Assembly (NCBI GenBank): GCA_045110695.1
Contig: JBGCGH010000002.1
Location: 9,993-73,992 of the forward strand
Reading direction: 5' to 3'
DNA: 64,000 nt
Origin: Bdellovibrionales bacterium
Lineage (GTDB): Bacteria > Bdellovibrionota > Bdellovibrionia > Bdellovibrionales > UBA840
A program made the translations under genes and the position numbers. The notes under the pieces were generated by a model. The model was not told the origin of the DNA. It searched no databases and worked only from the letters and a program-made list of their open reading frames with translations. Shown here one piece after another: positions 45,023 through 55,492 of this stretch. Positions within the stretch are counted from its first letter, which is position 1, and each line of letters starts with the position of its first letter.

Positions 45023-45207
45023 TAAAGCCTCCAGTTGTATTTCTCAACCATGACATGTCGAGCTTGTTTATTCAAACAAGGAAGAGCCATAGATTTGATT
45101 TTTAATGCTGTTCTATTCAAAGACCACTAAAGAGGCAGCAGTCTTTGCTTTAGGCTCTTTCATAGGCAGCCAAAATGAATGTCTTTAATTTGTGCAGTGG
45201 GATCGAG

Positions 45208-45236
45208 TTGACAATAATTCCGCTAGTTCGCAATAT
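45208..45236 (+). promoter_or_regulatory. Candidate sigma70-type promoter of the thiolase/CoA-transferase operon
   Basis: TTGACA (45208-45213), a 17-nt spacer, then CAATAT (45231-45236). AAGGAG lies at 45256-45261 before ATG 45269. Confidence 0.35.
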
Positions 45237-45268
45237 GGGGTCGTCTGAACAAAATAAGGAGATATTCT

Positions 45269-46441
45269 ATGTCTACAGTTATATTAAGTGCGAAAAGAAC
45301 AGCTGTTGGAAGTTTTCAGGGAGGGCTTTCAACACTTACTGCAGCTCAACTTGGTTCCATTGCCATTAAATCTGCATTGGAATCCGCCAAACTTCCTGCC
45401 GACCAAGTGGACGAAGTAATCATGGGGAATGTATTAACAGCAGGTGTCGGTCAGGCACCAGCCCGTCAAGCATCCATACATTCCGGTATACCTAGCTCTG
45501 CGAAATGTATGACAATCAACAAAGTTTGTGGCTCCGGTTTGAAGGCTGTGATGCTCGCCGATGACGCCATTAAATTAGGCCATGCTGAAGTGGTAGTTGG
45601 TGGTGGTCAGGAAAATATGACTCTAGCCCCTCATCTTTTAGAAAAATCTCGCTCCGGTTACCGAATGGGTCCTACCCAAATTCATGACTCAATGATTAAG
45701 GATGGTTTGTGGGATCCTTATTCTGATTTTCACATGGGAAATGCAGCTGAAATTTGTGTGAAGGAGCATAATTATACCCGAGAAGCACAAGACGAATTCG
45801 CGGTACAGTCCTATAAGTGGGCGCAGGAAGCCGTTGAAAGTAACGTCTTTGCAAATGAGATTGCTCCCGTAGAAATCAAAACAAGAAAAGCGACCTCCAC
45901 CGTTGAAAAAGATGAAGACCCCTTTAAAACAAATTTCGAAAAAGTTCCTAGCCTGAGACCGGCCTTTGACAAAGAAGGTAGTATCACAGCGGCCAATGCT
46001 AGTAATATTAATGATGGTGCGGCAGCTCTTGTCATCGCCTCAGAAGAAAAAGCAAAAAATTTGGGCCTTCAACCTATGTGTAAGATTGTCGCTCAAGCCA
46101 CTTTTGCTCAAGACCCTACTTGGTTTACAACAGCACCTGTGGGCGCTATAAAATTGGCTCTTGAAAAAGCTAATATGAATGCAGACCAAATTGACCTTTG
46201 GGAAATCAATGAAGCTTTTGCCGTCGTAACTATGAAGGCCATGGATGAGTTTAAAATACCAAGAGAAAAAGTAAATGTTCATGGTGGAGCCATAGCTATA
46301 GGCCACCCCATCGGGGCTAGTGGCGCTAGAATTCTAACGACACTTGTTCATGCATTAAAAAAGCATAATAAAAAATACGGATTAGCCACACTATGTATTG
46401 GTGGTGGTGAAGCTGTGGCCCTAATAATAGAAAACCTTTAG
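45269..46441 (+). CDS. Acetyl-CoA C-acetyltransferase (thiolase II)
   Basis: Active-site Cys in [12 protein letters not shown], and the C-terminal [17 protein letters not shown] and [14 protein letters not shown]. Confidence 0.9.
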   Translation: MSTVILSAKRTAVGSFQGGLSTLTAAQLGSIAIKSALESAKLPADQVDEVIMGNVLTAGVGQAPARQASIHSGIPSSAKCMTINKVCGSGLKAVMLADDAIKLGHAEVVVGGGQENMTLAPHLLEKSRSGYRMGPTQIHDSMIKDGLWDPYSDFHMGNAAEICVKEHNYTREAQDEFAVQSYKWAQEAVESNVFANEIAPVEIKTRKATSTVEKDEDPFKTNFEKVPSLRPAFDKEGSITAANASNINDGAAALVIASEEKAKNLGLQPMCKIVAQATFAQDPTWFTTAPVGAIKLALEKANMNADQIDLWEINEAFAVVTMKAMDEFKIPREKVNVHGGAIAIGHPIGASGARILTTLVHALKKHNKKYGLATLCIGGGEAVALIIENL

Positions 46442-46455
46442 TATTGGGAAATGAG

Positions 46456-47151
46456 ATGAAAAAAGTTTTTAAAAATGCAGAAGAGGCTCTTTCTGGAGTC
46501 TTAAAAGAGGGCCAAACTATATTGGCCGGAGGCTTTGGTCTTTGTGGTATTCCGGAAAATTGTCTCGATGCGATTAGATCGGATGGTGCAAAAAACCTAA
46601 CCTTCGTATCTAACAATGCCGGAGTAGATGATTTTGGTATTGGAATTCTATTACAAACCAAGCAAGTCAAAAAAATGATGAGCTCTTATGTTGGCGAAAA
46701 TGCAACCTTTGAAAAGCAATTGCTTGGTGGAGAGCTAGAAGTGGAGCTAATACCTCAAGGTACGCTTGCAGAAAGAATCCGCGCAGGTGGTGCTGGAATT
46801 CCAGCCTTTTTTACTCCGACTGGGGTGGGAACAAAAGTAGCCGAGGGTAAAGAAATTCGAGAATTTGATAGTAGAGACTATGTATTGGAGAAAGCCATTA
46901 CCGGTGATATTGCACTAGTGAAGGCTTGGAAAGCAGACAAGTTTGGAAATATGGTTTTTAGAAAAACGGCTAGAAATTTTAATCCTATGGTCGCTACAGC
47001 GGGAAAAGTTACTATCGTTGAGTGTGAAGAATTGGTCGAAATCGGTGAAATTGATCCCGATGAAGTTCATGTGAGCGGAGCCTTTGTTCAAAGAGTATTT
47101 CAGGGTAGTAATTATCAAAAGAGAATAGAATTTCGAACGGTGAGTGAATAA
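46456..47151 (+). CDS. 3-oxoacid CoA-transferase subunit A
   Basis: The family I CoA-transferase A-subunit pattern is [10 protein letters not shown]...SNNAG...[33 protein letters not shown] prefer ATG 46456. Confidence 0.85.
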   Translation: MKKVFKNAEEALSGVLKEGQTILAGGFGLCGIPENCLDAIRSDGAKNLTFVSNNAGVDDFGIGILLQTKQVKKMMSSYVGENATFEKQLLGGELEVELIPQGTLAERIRAGGAGIPAFFTPTGVGTKVAEGKEIREFDSRDYVLEKAITGDIALVKAWKADKFGNMVFRKTARNFNPMVATAGKVTIVECEELVEIGEIDPDEVHVSGAFVQRVFQGSNYQKRIEFRTVSE

Positions 47152-47152
47152 A

Positions 47153-47812
47153 ATGGCATTAGATAGAAATCAAATAGCGAAAAGAATCAGTGAAGAGGTT
47201 AAGGACGGCTTTGTTGTTAACTTAGGAATTGGGATTCCCACTCTTGTTGCCAACTACATCCCTAGTGAAATGTTTGTTATGTTACAGAGTGAAAACGGAT
47301 TACTAGGAATGGGGCCATTCCCCTCAGAGGATAGTATTGATGCCGATTTAATCAATGCGGGAAAGCAAACTATAACAGCTTTACCAGGATCCGCGTTTTT
47401 CTCGAGTAGTGATAGCTTCGCAATGATTCGAGGCGGTCATGTAGACTTAACCGTCCTTGGCGCCATGCAAGTGGATCAGACAGGTAGTATAGCGAACTGG
47501 ATGATTCCTGGAAAAATGGTCAAAGGCATGGGTGGTGCCATGGATCTAGTTGCTGGTGCAAAGAGAGTAGTAGTAGCTATGCAACACACCGATAAAAGCG
47601 GAAATCCTAAGCTCTTAGAAAAATGTGACCTCCCCTACACAGGTCTTCAATGTATCGATAAGATAGTTAGCGATTTTGGCGTTATTAATATTGATAAAAA
47701 ATACGGCTTCGTTCTTGAAGAAATTGCACCAGGCCTAACAGAAGAGGATTTAATTAAATCTACGGGAGCTAAATTACACATTAGCCCAGAGCTAAAGGAA
47801 ATGAAGGTTTAA
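47153..47812 (+). CDS. 3-oxoacid CoA-transferase subunit B
   Basis: Catalytic SENG motif in MLQSENGLLGMGP, and GGAMDLV. Confidence 0.85.
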   Translation: MALDRNQIAKRISEEVKDGFVVNLGIGIPTLVANYIPSEMFVMLQSENGLLGMGPFPSEDSIDADLINAGKQTITALPGSAFFSSSDSFAMIRGGHVDLTVLGAMQVDQTGSIANWMIPGKMVKGMGGAMDLVAGAKRVVVAMQHTDKSGNPKLLEKCDLPYTGLQCIDKIVSDFGVINIDKKYGFVLEEIAPGLTEEDLIKSTGAKLHISPELKEMKV

Positions 47813-47813
47813 A

Positions 47814-48281
47814 ATGAAATTTAAATATTTTAAAGAAAGTTTGAAATTGAACCTTTTTGGGATAGCTAAAATCCCCCTCATCGTTTTTTGCACGCCTAGT
47901 GTTGTGAAGCTTGATGACGAAAACTGCGAAATTAAGATTCCTTTGAGGTACCGAACTAAAAACCATTTAGGCTCTATGTATTTTGGGGCCCTAGCAATTG
48001 GTGGAGATCTCGCTAGTGGACTTGCTGCAATGTTTGCGATCGATAAGTCAGAGAAAAAAATCTCCCTAGTTTTTAAAGATTTTAAAGCTAACTTTTTAAA
48101 GCGTCCCACCGAAGATGTAATTTTCAGATGCCAGAGTGTAAAAGAAACCAATGAATTGGTAAAAGAAGCCGAGAGTACCACTGAGAGAGTGGAGCGACCC
48201 ATTGAAGTAGTTGCTATTGGTGCTAAATCTGGGGATCTTTACGCAGAAATGACTCTAACCTTAAGTCTTAAACAACGTTAA
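47814..48281 (+). CDS. Hotdog-fold thioesterase-like protein (PaaI/DUF4442-like)
   Basis: The NHLGSMYFGALAIGGDLASGLAAM core is typical of PaaI-type hotdog proteins. It starts 2 nt after the CoA-transferase B stop. Confidence 0.55.
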   Translation: MKFKYFKESLKLNLFGIAKIPLIVFCTPSVVKLDDENCEIKIPLRYRTKNHLGSMYFGALAIGGDLASGLAAMFAIDKSEKKISLVFKDFKANFLKRPTEDVIFRCQSVKETNELVKEAESTTERVERPIEVVAIGAKSGDLYAEMTLTLSLKQR

Positions 48282-48379
48282 GATTTAAGGTGGTTTGATG
48301 CAATAAAGTAAGGATCCATTTGGGTTGAGGCTAAAATTTTGCTACCCTAAACTTAGCCTTACCGAAGGAGCAGTGGACC

Positions 48380-48664
48380 ATGATAAAAAGACAGTCGTTA
48401 AGATTTAAGCCTGATCCAAACACCCTGGTATACCTAAAGCGTCTATTCAACGAAGAAGAATCCAAACAAATTGATAGTGTTGGCCTGGTTACCACAGAGT
48501 CAAAAACGGGATTTGCCACTATATTGCTAAATGAAACAGCCCCTGAGGTTGGTGAACTTGTGATTGTAAAGGTTGGAAATCTCCACGCAATGCAAGCAAG
48601 AGTGGCCAATAAAATACCCATGAACGAGGAAAGCTCAAAATTTGGCTTTGAGTATTTAGAGTAA
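48380..48664 (+). CDS. Stand-alone PilZ-domain protein
   Basis: 94 aa. The N-terminus has RxxxR (KRQSLRFKPD), TESKTGF sits about 30 aa later in place of D/NxSxxG, and the rest has a beta-barrel-like periodicity. GAAGGAG lies 7-8 nt upstream of the ATG. Confidence 0.5.
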   Translation: MIKRQSLRFKPDPNTLVYLKRLFNEEESKQIDSVGLVTTESKTGFATILLNETAPEVGELVIVKVGNLHAMQARVANKIPMNEESSKFGFEYLE

Positions 48665-48667
48665 GTA

Positions 48668-49399
48668 TTAAACCCCTCTTTTGTCTCCCCACAATCTAAC
48701 ATGCAGACGATCACAAAACCGGTATCCCCTACGAATACACTCCTCAATAAGTACGGGAGAATTCTCTTTTAACTGTTCCGCCGTCACTGCCTGTGGCATC
48801 ATGAGCACTCTGCTTCGGAGAAGCCCCTCATCTACAGTATCTGATAAAGATTTGACTATTTCCTCTACTTCATCAAACTCCAGGGCCTGGTTAACAACAA
48901 ACTTAAGCTGAAAATCATGAGAGCTCACAAAAGATTTTAGTGCTTCAATATTTATTCTTTTAGCTTGATGACTCTGGTAATTAGCAGAGGTATTCACACA
49001 GCTAGTGGAAAGCTTTGGCGACAAGGAAATAAATTGAGCTTTAGATTCAAGGTAAAGGCTTCCGTTAGTTTCCACTGTTACAAACTTGCCTAAAGAAACT
49101 AACAGATCTATTAAGTCAGTAACATTTTTTTGTAGAAAAGGTTCTCCACCGGTCACTACGAAATGCTTGGTAGCAAATGAAGACACATCTGCATGTACCT
49201 GTTCTAGAGATTTTATTAACTTCTCTGGATTATGACTGGAGTAAGGAGTGTCGCAAAGACTGGTGGATCCATCATGATTTCGCCACTCACAACGTAAATT
49301 ACATCCACTCAATCTAATAAAAACAGAGGGGATTCCTGTGAAAATCCCCTCACCCTGTATGGTTTCAAAAATATAGTCGTTGGTGAAACTTAATTGCAT
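48668..49399 (-). CDS. queE: 7-carboxy-7-deazaguanine synthase (radical SAM)
   Basis: N-terminal ETIQGEG and the cluster region RLSGCNLRCEWRNHDGSTSLCDTPY. Confidence 0.85.
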   Translation of the reverse strand: MQLSFTNDYIFETIQGEGIFTGIPSVFIRLSGCNLRCEWRNHDGSTSLCDTPYSSHNPEKLIKSLEQVHADVSSFATKHFVVTGGEPFLQKNVTDLIDLLVSLGKFVTVETNGSLYLESKAQFISLSPKLSTSCVNTSANYQSHQAKRINIEALKSFVSSHDFQLKFVVNQALEFDEVEEIVKSLSDTVDEGLLRSRVLMMPQAVTAEQLKENSPVLIEECIRRGYRFCDRLHVRLWGDKRGV

Positions 49400-49400
49400 C

Positions 49401-50789
49401 TTAAAACGCGTGAATAGCCCTTTTCGTACACATGAGGGCCGCTTCCTTTATAGCTTCACTTAAAGTTGGATGAGCATGACAGGTAATTCCCACATCCTCG
49501 CTGGAAGCTTTGTATTCCATAGCTAAAGTCATTTCTTGGATCATCTCAGATACGTGGGGTCCAATCATATGGACACCAAGAATTTCATCTGTTTCTTTGT
49601 GAGCGATGACTTTAACAAAACCTACACCCTCGGCACTGGCCATTGCCCTTCCATTTGCAGCAAAGTTAAATTTTCCGGTGTTATACTTAATACCATCTGC
49701 CTTTAGTTGGTCCTCAGTTTTCCCAACAGAGGCTACCTCTGGCCAAGTATAAACCACTCCAGGAATTAAGTTATAATCAATATGTCCAGGCTTCCCAGCT
49801 ATGACTTCAGCTGCGGCAATACCTTCTTCCTCTGATTTATGGGCTAGCATGGCACCACCGACAACATCACCAACCGCATATATATTTGGAACATTTGTTT
49901 GCCAGTGCTTATTAATTGGAATAAAACCACGCTCGTCAGTTTTTATTCCAGCGGCTTCTAGCCCTAGAGAATCTGTATAAGGTCTTCGGCCGATGGCTAC
50001 CAAACAATAGTCCCCTTCAAAATGAACTGTTTCCTCGCCTCTCTTTGCCGTCAATTTAACACGATCCCCTTCTACACTTCCGGCGGAAACTCCCGTCTTA
50101 AACTCAAAAGTAACCCCTAAAGCTTCCATGGACTTTTGCATTTGTCTTCGCACATGCTTATCCATACCCGGTAAGACTGTATCACCATATTCAACCACAG
50201 TGACTTTACTACCAAGACGAGCCCAAACACTACCCATCTCGAGACCAATTACTCCAGCCCCAACAATCAATAGCTCCTTAGGAACCTCTTGAAGTTCTAA
50301 AGCTTCGGTACTGGAAATAATTCTCTTTTTATCAAAATCAACACCTCTTAAGGCAGTTGGTTTGGAGCCTGTTGCAATAATAAAATTTTTGGCCGTATAC
50401 TTTTCGCCACTGACTTCAATTTCTCCAGGTCCTACAAAATTCGCATGCCCTTTCAATCTAGTTATTTTATTTGCGTTGAAAAGTAGATCCACTCCTTCAG
50501 TAATTTTTTTTACCACCGAGGCTTTTCTTTCTATCATCTTCGGTAAATTTACCTGCAAGTTAGAAAGCTCTATGCCGTGATCGGCGAACTCTTTTTCCGC
50601 TGCATGATAGTGCTCTGAAGATTTCAATAAAGCCTTAGAAGGTATGCAGCCCACGTTGAGACAAGTTCCCCCTAGCGAATCGTATTTTTCAACACAGGCT
50701 ACATTTAATCCCAGTTGACTGGCTCTTATAGCTGCTGGATATCCACCTGGGCCGGATCCTATTACGATGATATCAAATGAACTGCTCAT
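49401..50789 (-). CDS. lpdA: Dihydrolipoyl dehydrogenase (E3)
   Basis: IVIGSGPGGYPAA, GGTCLNVGCIPSK, and the C-terminal HAHPTLSEA. Confidence 0.9.
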   Translation of the reverse strand: MSSSFDIIVIGSGPGGYPAAIRASQLGLNVACVEKYDSLGGTCLNVGCIPSKALLKSSEHYHAAEKEFADHGIELSNLQVNLPKMIERKASVVKKITEGVDLLFNANKITRLKGHANFVGPGEIEVSGEKYTAKNFIIATGSKPTALRGVDFDKKRIISSTEALELQEVPKELLIVGAGVIGLEMGSVWARLGSKVTVVEYGDTVLPGMDKHVRRQMQKSMEALGVTFEFKTGVSAGSVEGDRVKLTAKRGEETVHFEGDYCLVAIGRRPYTDSLGLEAAGIKTDERGFIPINKHWQTNVPNIYAVGDVVGGAMLAHKSEEEGIAAAEVIAGKPGHIDYNLIPGVVYTWPEVASVGKTEDQLKADGIKYNTGKFNFAANGRAMASAEGVGFVKVIAHKETDEILGVHMIGPHVSEMIQEMTLAMEYKASSEDVGITCHAHPTLSEAIKEAALMCTKRAIHAF

Positions 50790-50798
50790 GGGACTCTC

Positions 50799-52028
50799 CT
50801 ACATTTCCAACAAAATTCTAGTTGGATCTTCCATTATTTCTTTTATTTTTACCAAGAACCCAACGCTTTGCTTGCCGTCGATAACTCGATGATCGTAAGA
50901 CATGGCTACGTACATCATTGGTCGAATCGTAATCTCACCATTAATCACTACTGGGCGCTCTTCAATCTTATGAAGACCTAGTATTCCTGTTTGAGGTGGA
51001 TTTAATATTGGAGTACTTAGTAAGCTCCCAAAAACTCCACCATTTGAAATAGTAAAACCACCACCGGTCATATCATCAATGCTCAAAGCATTGGCTTGTG
51101 CTTTCTTTGCAAAAACTTTTATCGTTTTCTCAATATCAGCGAGACTTAGTAAATCAGCATCTCTAACTACAGGCACCACTAGCCCCTTAGGACCACCAAC
51201 GGCGATAGAGATGTCATAGTAATTTCTTTTTACTAAATCCATTCCATCGATGTAAGAGTTCACATCAGGAAAATCTTTCATCGCTTCGGTTACAGCTTTT
51301 GTAAATAAGCTCATGAATCCTAACCTTACACCGTGCTTCTTCTCAAAAGCCTCTTTGTATTTAGTACGTAGATTCATAGACGCACTCATATCAATTTCAT
51401 TGAAAGTAGTAAGAATAGCGGCTGTATGCTGAGCCATTACTAACCTACTCGCAATTTTTCTTCGAATAGAAGGCATTTTCTTTCTAGTCTCTCTCTCTCC
51501 CGAGTGAGAACTTGCCGGCCTTGGAACCTCTAAACTAGAGGGATCTACGGTCGGTGTAGTATCGATTTTTGGAGAGGAACTAGCTGCTGGTTGATGAGCC
51601 AAAACATCTTGCTTAGTAATTCTACCATCTTTTCCAGTTCCAGAAACGGAACTAGCATCTACCCCTTTTTCTTGAATTAATTTTCCAGCTGCGGGGCTAG
51701 TGATTCCACTATTACCAGTAGGTGCAGATTGCGAAGAAGTCGTAGAGCTATCATTTTCTTTAGAAGATGCGGTTGATCCCGCATCCGCAGAAACCGATGT
51801 ATCTACGTAGGCTATCAATGTACCAGGTTCTACTGTCTCCCCTTCAGCAACTACGATCTCTAGCTTTCCTGCATAATCAGATGGTAGCTCTAAGGACGCC
51901 TTATCGGAATCTAGAACAACGATGATATCATCTTTGTTAACTACATCCCCATCAGAGACCATCCATTCAGATACATCTACTTCAGTAATACTCTCCGCAA
52001 CATTTGGGATTTTAATCTCTTGTTTCAT
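50799..52028 (-). CDS. sucB: Dihydrolipoyllysine-residue succinyltransferase (E2 of 2-oxoglutarate dehydrogenase)
   Basis: Lipoyl domain ([14 protein letters not shown]), a Ser/Ala/Pro linker, a subunit-binding segment, and catalytic SYDHRVIDG. Confidence 0.9.
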   Translation of the reverse strand: MKQEIKIPNVAESITEVDVSEWMVSDGDVVNKDDIIVVLDSDKASLELPSDYAGKLEIVVAEGETVEPGTLIAYVDTSVSADAGSTASSKENDSSTTSSQSAPTGNSGITSPAAGKLIQEKGVDASSVSGTGKDGRITKQDVLAHQPAASSSPKIDTTPTVDPSSLEVPRPASSHSGERETRKKMPSIRRKIASRLVMAQHTAAILTTFNEIDMSASMNLRTKYKEAFEKKHGVRLGFMSLFTKAVTEAMKDFPDVNSYIDGMDLVKRNYYDISIAVGGPKGLVVPVVRDADLLSLADIEKTIKVFAKKAQANALSIDDMTGGGFTISNGGVFGSLLSTPILNPPQTGILGLHKIEERPVVINGEITIRPMMYVAMSYDHRVIDGKQSVGFLVKIKEIMEDPTRILLEM

Positions 52029-54805
52029 GATTCCATTCCTTCAAAAACTGTATTGATTATTTTATCTTGCTCATTTTGATGTACTTTTGGGTTCCCCGTC
52101 GCCGGTGATGCACTTTCTTTTCTAGAAACTACTCGGATCTCTCTTCCCATCTTTAGAAATTTATCTCTGACAAAATGCCAAGCCCCCATATTCTCCGGTT
52201 CTTCCTGTGTCCAAACAATATCTACATTCACGGAGTAATTACTCAGAAGCGCTTTCATTTGCTTTTCTGGGAAAGGATACAGCTGCTCTAAGCGAACAAT
52301 GCCCACTTTCTTCGTGGACAAGTCTTCTCTCTTGCTCTCTAAATCTAAAAATATTTTTCCTGAACAAATAGCAAGTCTTTCAACAGAACTTGTTTCTAGG
52401 GTATCTGGAAGTATCTCATGAAAGCGCCCCTCAGTAAGGTGCTCCATTCCACAAACTATTTTTGGATGTCTCAACAAACTCTTTGGAGACATGATAATTA
52501 ATGGTTTTCTAAAATCTCTTTTTACCTGACGTCTTAAAATGTGGAACAACTGAGCAGGGTTAGTGACATTTGCCACTTGCATGTTATTTTCCGCGCACAT
52601 TTGTAGGAAACGCTCAAGCCTTGCTGAAGAATGCTCTGGACCCTGTCCCTCGTAACCATGAGGTAGTAACATCACCAGACCTGTCATTCTCTGCCATTTT
52701 GATTCACTGCTTGAAATAAACTGATCAATAATTACCTGAGCACCATTGGCGAAATCCCCAAACTGAGCCTCCCAAATAGTAAGTCCCTTAGGGTTTGCCA
52801 TAGCGTAACCAAACTCAAATCCTAGAACTCCAGATTCAGAAAGGGAAGAATCAAAAAGGTCCGCTTGTGCCTGCCCTTCTTTCAAATGATTGATCGGTAC
52901 ATATCTTTCTTCTGTTTCATCATTTGTCCAAACAGCATGTCTGTGGGTAAATGTACCCCGTCTCACATCCTGTCCAGATAAACGCACGGGGTGTCCTTCT
53001 AAAAGCAAACTTGCATAGGCGAGGTTCTCGCCAAAACCCCAGTCAATCATTTTTTCACCTGCGGCTATTTTTTTACGATCCTTAAGAAGTCGGCCTAATT
53101 TTTTCACCCATGGAAATTCTTTTAAATTTCCGGCAATGGCGTCTGCAGCAAGTTGGAGCCCTTCTCGATTTGCTCCCGTCATCGGGCTCTCATCAAAATC
53201 AGCATCTTTTGCAACCCTAACATTGGCCCAATCGGCTTTTAGATAATTTACATCGATTTCTTTAGAGGAGTTACTTCTTGTCTCTTCTAAACGTTGATCC
53301 AAATCTTTTTTGAATTCTGTTTCCTTTTCTTTTAGGTAGGAATCATTAATTACCTTTTGCTCCAAAAGATCCTTAGCATAAATATTAGCTGGACTCGGAT
53401 GTTTATCAATCAAGGCATACATTTTAGGTTGGGTGAAGCGAGGCTCGTCGGACTCGTTGTGACCATACTTACGGTAGCAGTATAAATCAATTACCACATC
53501 CCTACCAAACTCTTGCCTAATCTCTATCGCCATATGCATGGCATGAACAACAGCCTCGGCATCATCTCCATTCACATGAATAATCGGGGTTTCCAGCATT
53601 TTAAAAACATCGGTGCAGTACATTGTCGAACGCGAGTCACTTGGGCGAGTTGTAAATCCAACCTGGTTATTGATGACGATATGAATCGTTCCACCAGTAG
53701 AGAAGCCATCCAAATGACAAAGGTTGATCGTTTCATAAACAACCCCTTGCCCTGCAACGGCTGCATCTCCATGAATAGCTACTGGAACACATTTTTTAGC
53801 ATCATTTCCGTAACGGAACTCCTGCTTCCCTCTAGTCATTCCGACCAACACTGGATCAATAAACTCTAAATGAGATGGATTCGGACATAAGGAAACATGA
53901 ACGGTCTTTCCGGAAGATGTTTTTCTATCGGCAGAAAAACCCATATGATACTTTACATCGCCATCACCTTCAACGCCATCAGGTAAATCCGCTCCCTCAA
54001 ACTCAGTAAAAATGGCTTCATAGTTTTTTCTCAAAACATTGGCCAAGACATTCAAGCGCCCTCTGTGGGCCATTCCGATTACGAATTCCTCAGCACCTAG
54101 CTCTCCACCGTAGTCCAGCATGCTCTCCAATGCTGGGATTAAGGATGTACCACCCTCCAGAGAAAATCTTTTCGCCCCCACATACTTGAGGTGCAAAAAG
54201 CTCTCAAAACTCTCTCCCCGAACTAGGTCGTTGAGTATATGTTTTTTATCTTCTGAGCTAACTTGATGGCGGTTTTTATTTTTTTCCATCCTGTCTTCAA
54301 GCCAGTCCACCAGTATTCCATCACGAATATGTTTGTATTCAACTCCAAGAGAAGAACAATAGGTTTCTTCCAAGCCCTTAACAATATTTTTTAAACTAGC
54401 ATTTCCCAGTCCCATTTTTGAGCTGTCGGAAAAATCTTTAGCCAGATCTCCTGCAACAAAACCGTGATCCTCCACACTTAGCTCAGCTCTATCTCTCAAG
54501 GTATCACTTGGACTCAAGGGATTAATTTGAGCAGCAAAGTGTCCTCTTGAGCGGTAAGAATAAATTAGATCTCTGAGCTTGCTGTTTTCATCACTCGCAC
54601 TAGCCGAGCTATTTTTTCCTGCAGGGCCTGTTACAAAATCCACATAAGGACTTGGTTCGGGAGTATCAGGAATGCTGGCATAATCGAATCCTTGAAAAAA
54701 GCTTCTCCAACCGGGGTCAATGCTACCCGGGTTTTCTTGGTATTGCTTGTAAAGGTCTTCGACGTCTTGAGGGCTTGCACTATCTATAAAATGGAAATCT
54801 TTCAT
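52025..54805 (-). CDS. sucA: 2-oxoglutarate dehydrogenase E1 component
   Basis: 926 aa with ThDP-binding and transketolase-like segments ([49 protein letters not shown]). Confidence 0.95.
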   Translation of the reverse strand: MKDFHFIDSASPQDVEDLYKQYQENPGSIDPGWRSFFQGFDYASIPDTPEPSPYVDFVTGPAGKNSSASASDENSKLRDLIYSYRSRGHFAAQINPLSPSDTLRDRAELSVEDHGFVAGDLAKDFSDSSKMGLGNASLKNIVKGLEETYCSSLGVEYKHIRDGILVDWLEDRMEKNKNRHQVSSEDKKHILNDLVRGESFESFLHLKYVGAKRFSLEGGTSLIPALESMLDYGGELGAEEFVIGMAHRGRLNVLANVLRKNYEAIFTEFEGADLPDGVEGDGDVKYHMGFSADRKTSSGKTVHVSLCPNPSHLEFIDPVLVGMTRGKQEFRYGNDAKKCVPVAIHGDAAVAGQGVVYETINLCHLDGFSTGGTIHIVINNQVGFTTRPSDSRSTMYCTDVFKMLETPIIHVNGDDAEAVVHAMHMAIEIRQEFGRDVVIDLYCYRKYGHNESDEPRFTQPKMYALIDKHPSPANIYAKDLLEQKVINDSYLKEKETEFKKDLDQRLEETRSNSSKEIDVNYLKADWANVRVAKDADFDESPMTGANREGLQLAADAIAGNLKEFPWVKKLGRLLKDRKKIAAGEKMIDWGFGENLAYASLLLEGHPVRLSGQDVRRGTFTHRHAVWTNDETEERYVPINHLKEGQAQADLFDSSLSESGVLGFEFGYAMANPKGLTIWEAQFGDFANGAQVIIDQFISSSESKWQRMTGLVMLLPHGYEGQGPEHSSARLERFLQMCAENNMQVANVTNPAQLFHILRRQVKRDFRKPLIIMSPKSLLRHPKIVCGMEHLTEGRFHEILPDTLETSSVERLAICSGKIFLDLESKREDLSTKKVGIVRLEQLYPFPEKQMKALLSNYSVNVDIVWTQEEPENMGAWHFVRDKFLKMGREIRVVSRKESASPATGNPKVHQNEQDKIINTVFEGMES

Positions 54806-55090
54806 GAGGATTTTCTCGTGCTGGTTAAGGTTTTTTATCTAGTATTATTTTATGCAAAACCCCATTTTTAGACAATGGCTTTTGCGCTGTCGCAAAGCAT
54901 TAAGTACCTAAATCTACTACGTTAGTTGGGGTTTCTAGAAAGCTTTCAAATAAAGCTTAGTGCTTATTCATATGTACGCCCAAAAACCATAAATCTCACT
55001 AGACCTTAGGGCAGCTCACCTAAAGATTTAAACGCAACCGGTCGATAAGTAACTACAGAAATGAAAAACAACTTTGGATAACAACTAAGC

Positions 55091-55492
55091 ATGACAGATC
55101 AGCACTTAAGCATTCTTTTTCAACTACTCATATTGTTTCAAGTGAAACACTTCTTGGCCGATTTTCCTCTGCAAACTAACTACATGCTTTTTAGAAAAAC
55201 AAACCCCGGCTGGGACTTTGTTTTACCTTTGTTGTCTCACTGTCTAGTTCATTCAGTATTAACTTTGATCATAGTACTAATTTACATCCCAAGTCTGTGG
55301 TGGTTAGGCCCCTTAGACCTAGTATTACATTTTATAATGGACAGATTTAAAAGCTCTCCCAAGTGGCTGGGTCGTTACAATGACCTGGGCAAAGCACATT
55401 TTTGGTGGGCCTTAGGCTTTGATCAGATGTTTCACCATATTACTCACTTACTAATCATATGGTTTATGATTATAAAGATCATGGAAGGATAA
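55091..55492 (+). CDS. DUF3307-like small membrane protein
   Basis: VKHFLADFPLQT motif and 3-4 hydrophobic helices. Confidence 0.55.
   Translation: MTDQHLSILFQLLILFQVKHFLADFPLQTNYMLFRKTNPGWDFVLPLLSHCLVHSVLTLIIVLIYIPSLWWLGPLDLVLHFIMDRFKSSPKWLGRYNDLGKAHFWWALGFDQMFHHITHLLIIWFMIIKIMEG

Noticed and set aside
48331-48747. 138-aa minus-strand ORF overlapping the small PilZ-like ORF.
   Set aside because: It has no ribosome-binding site and no recognisable motif. It would also overlap the 3-prime end of queE. The plus-strand 94-aa ORF has a strong Shine-Dalgarno and PilZ motifs.
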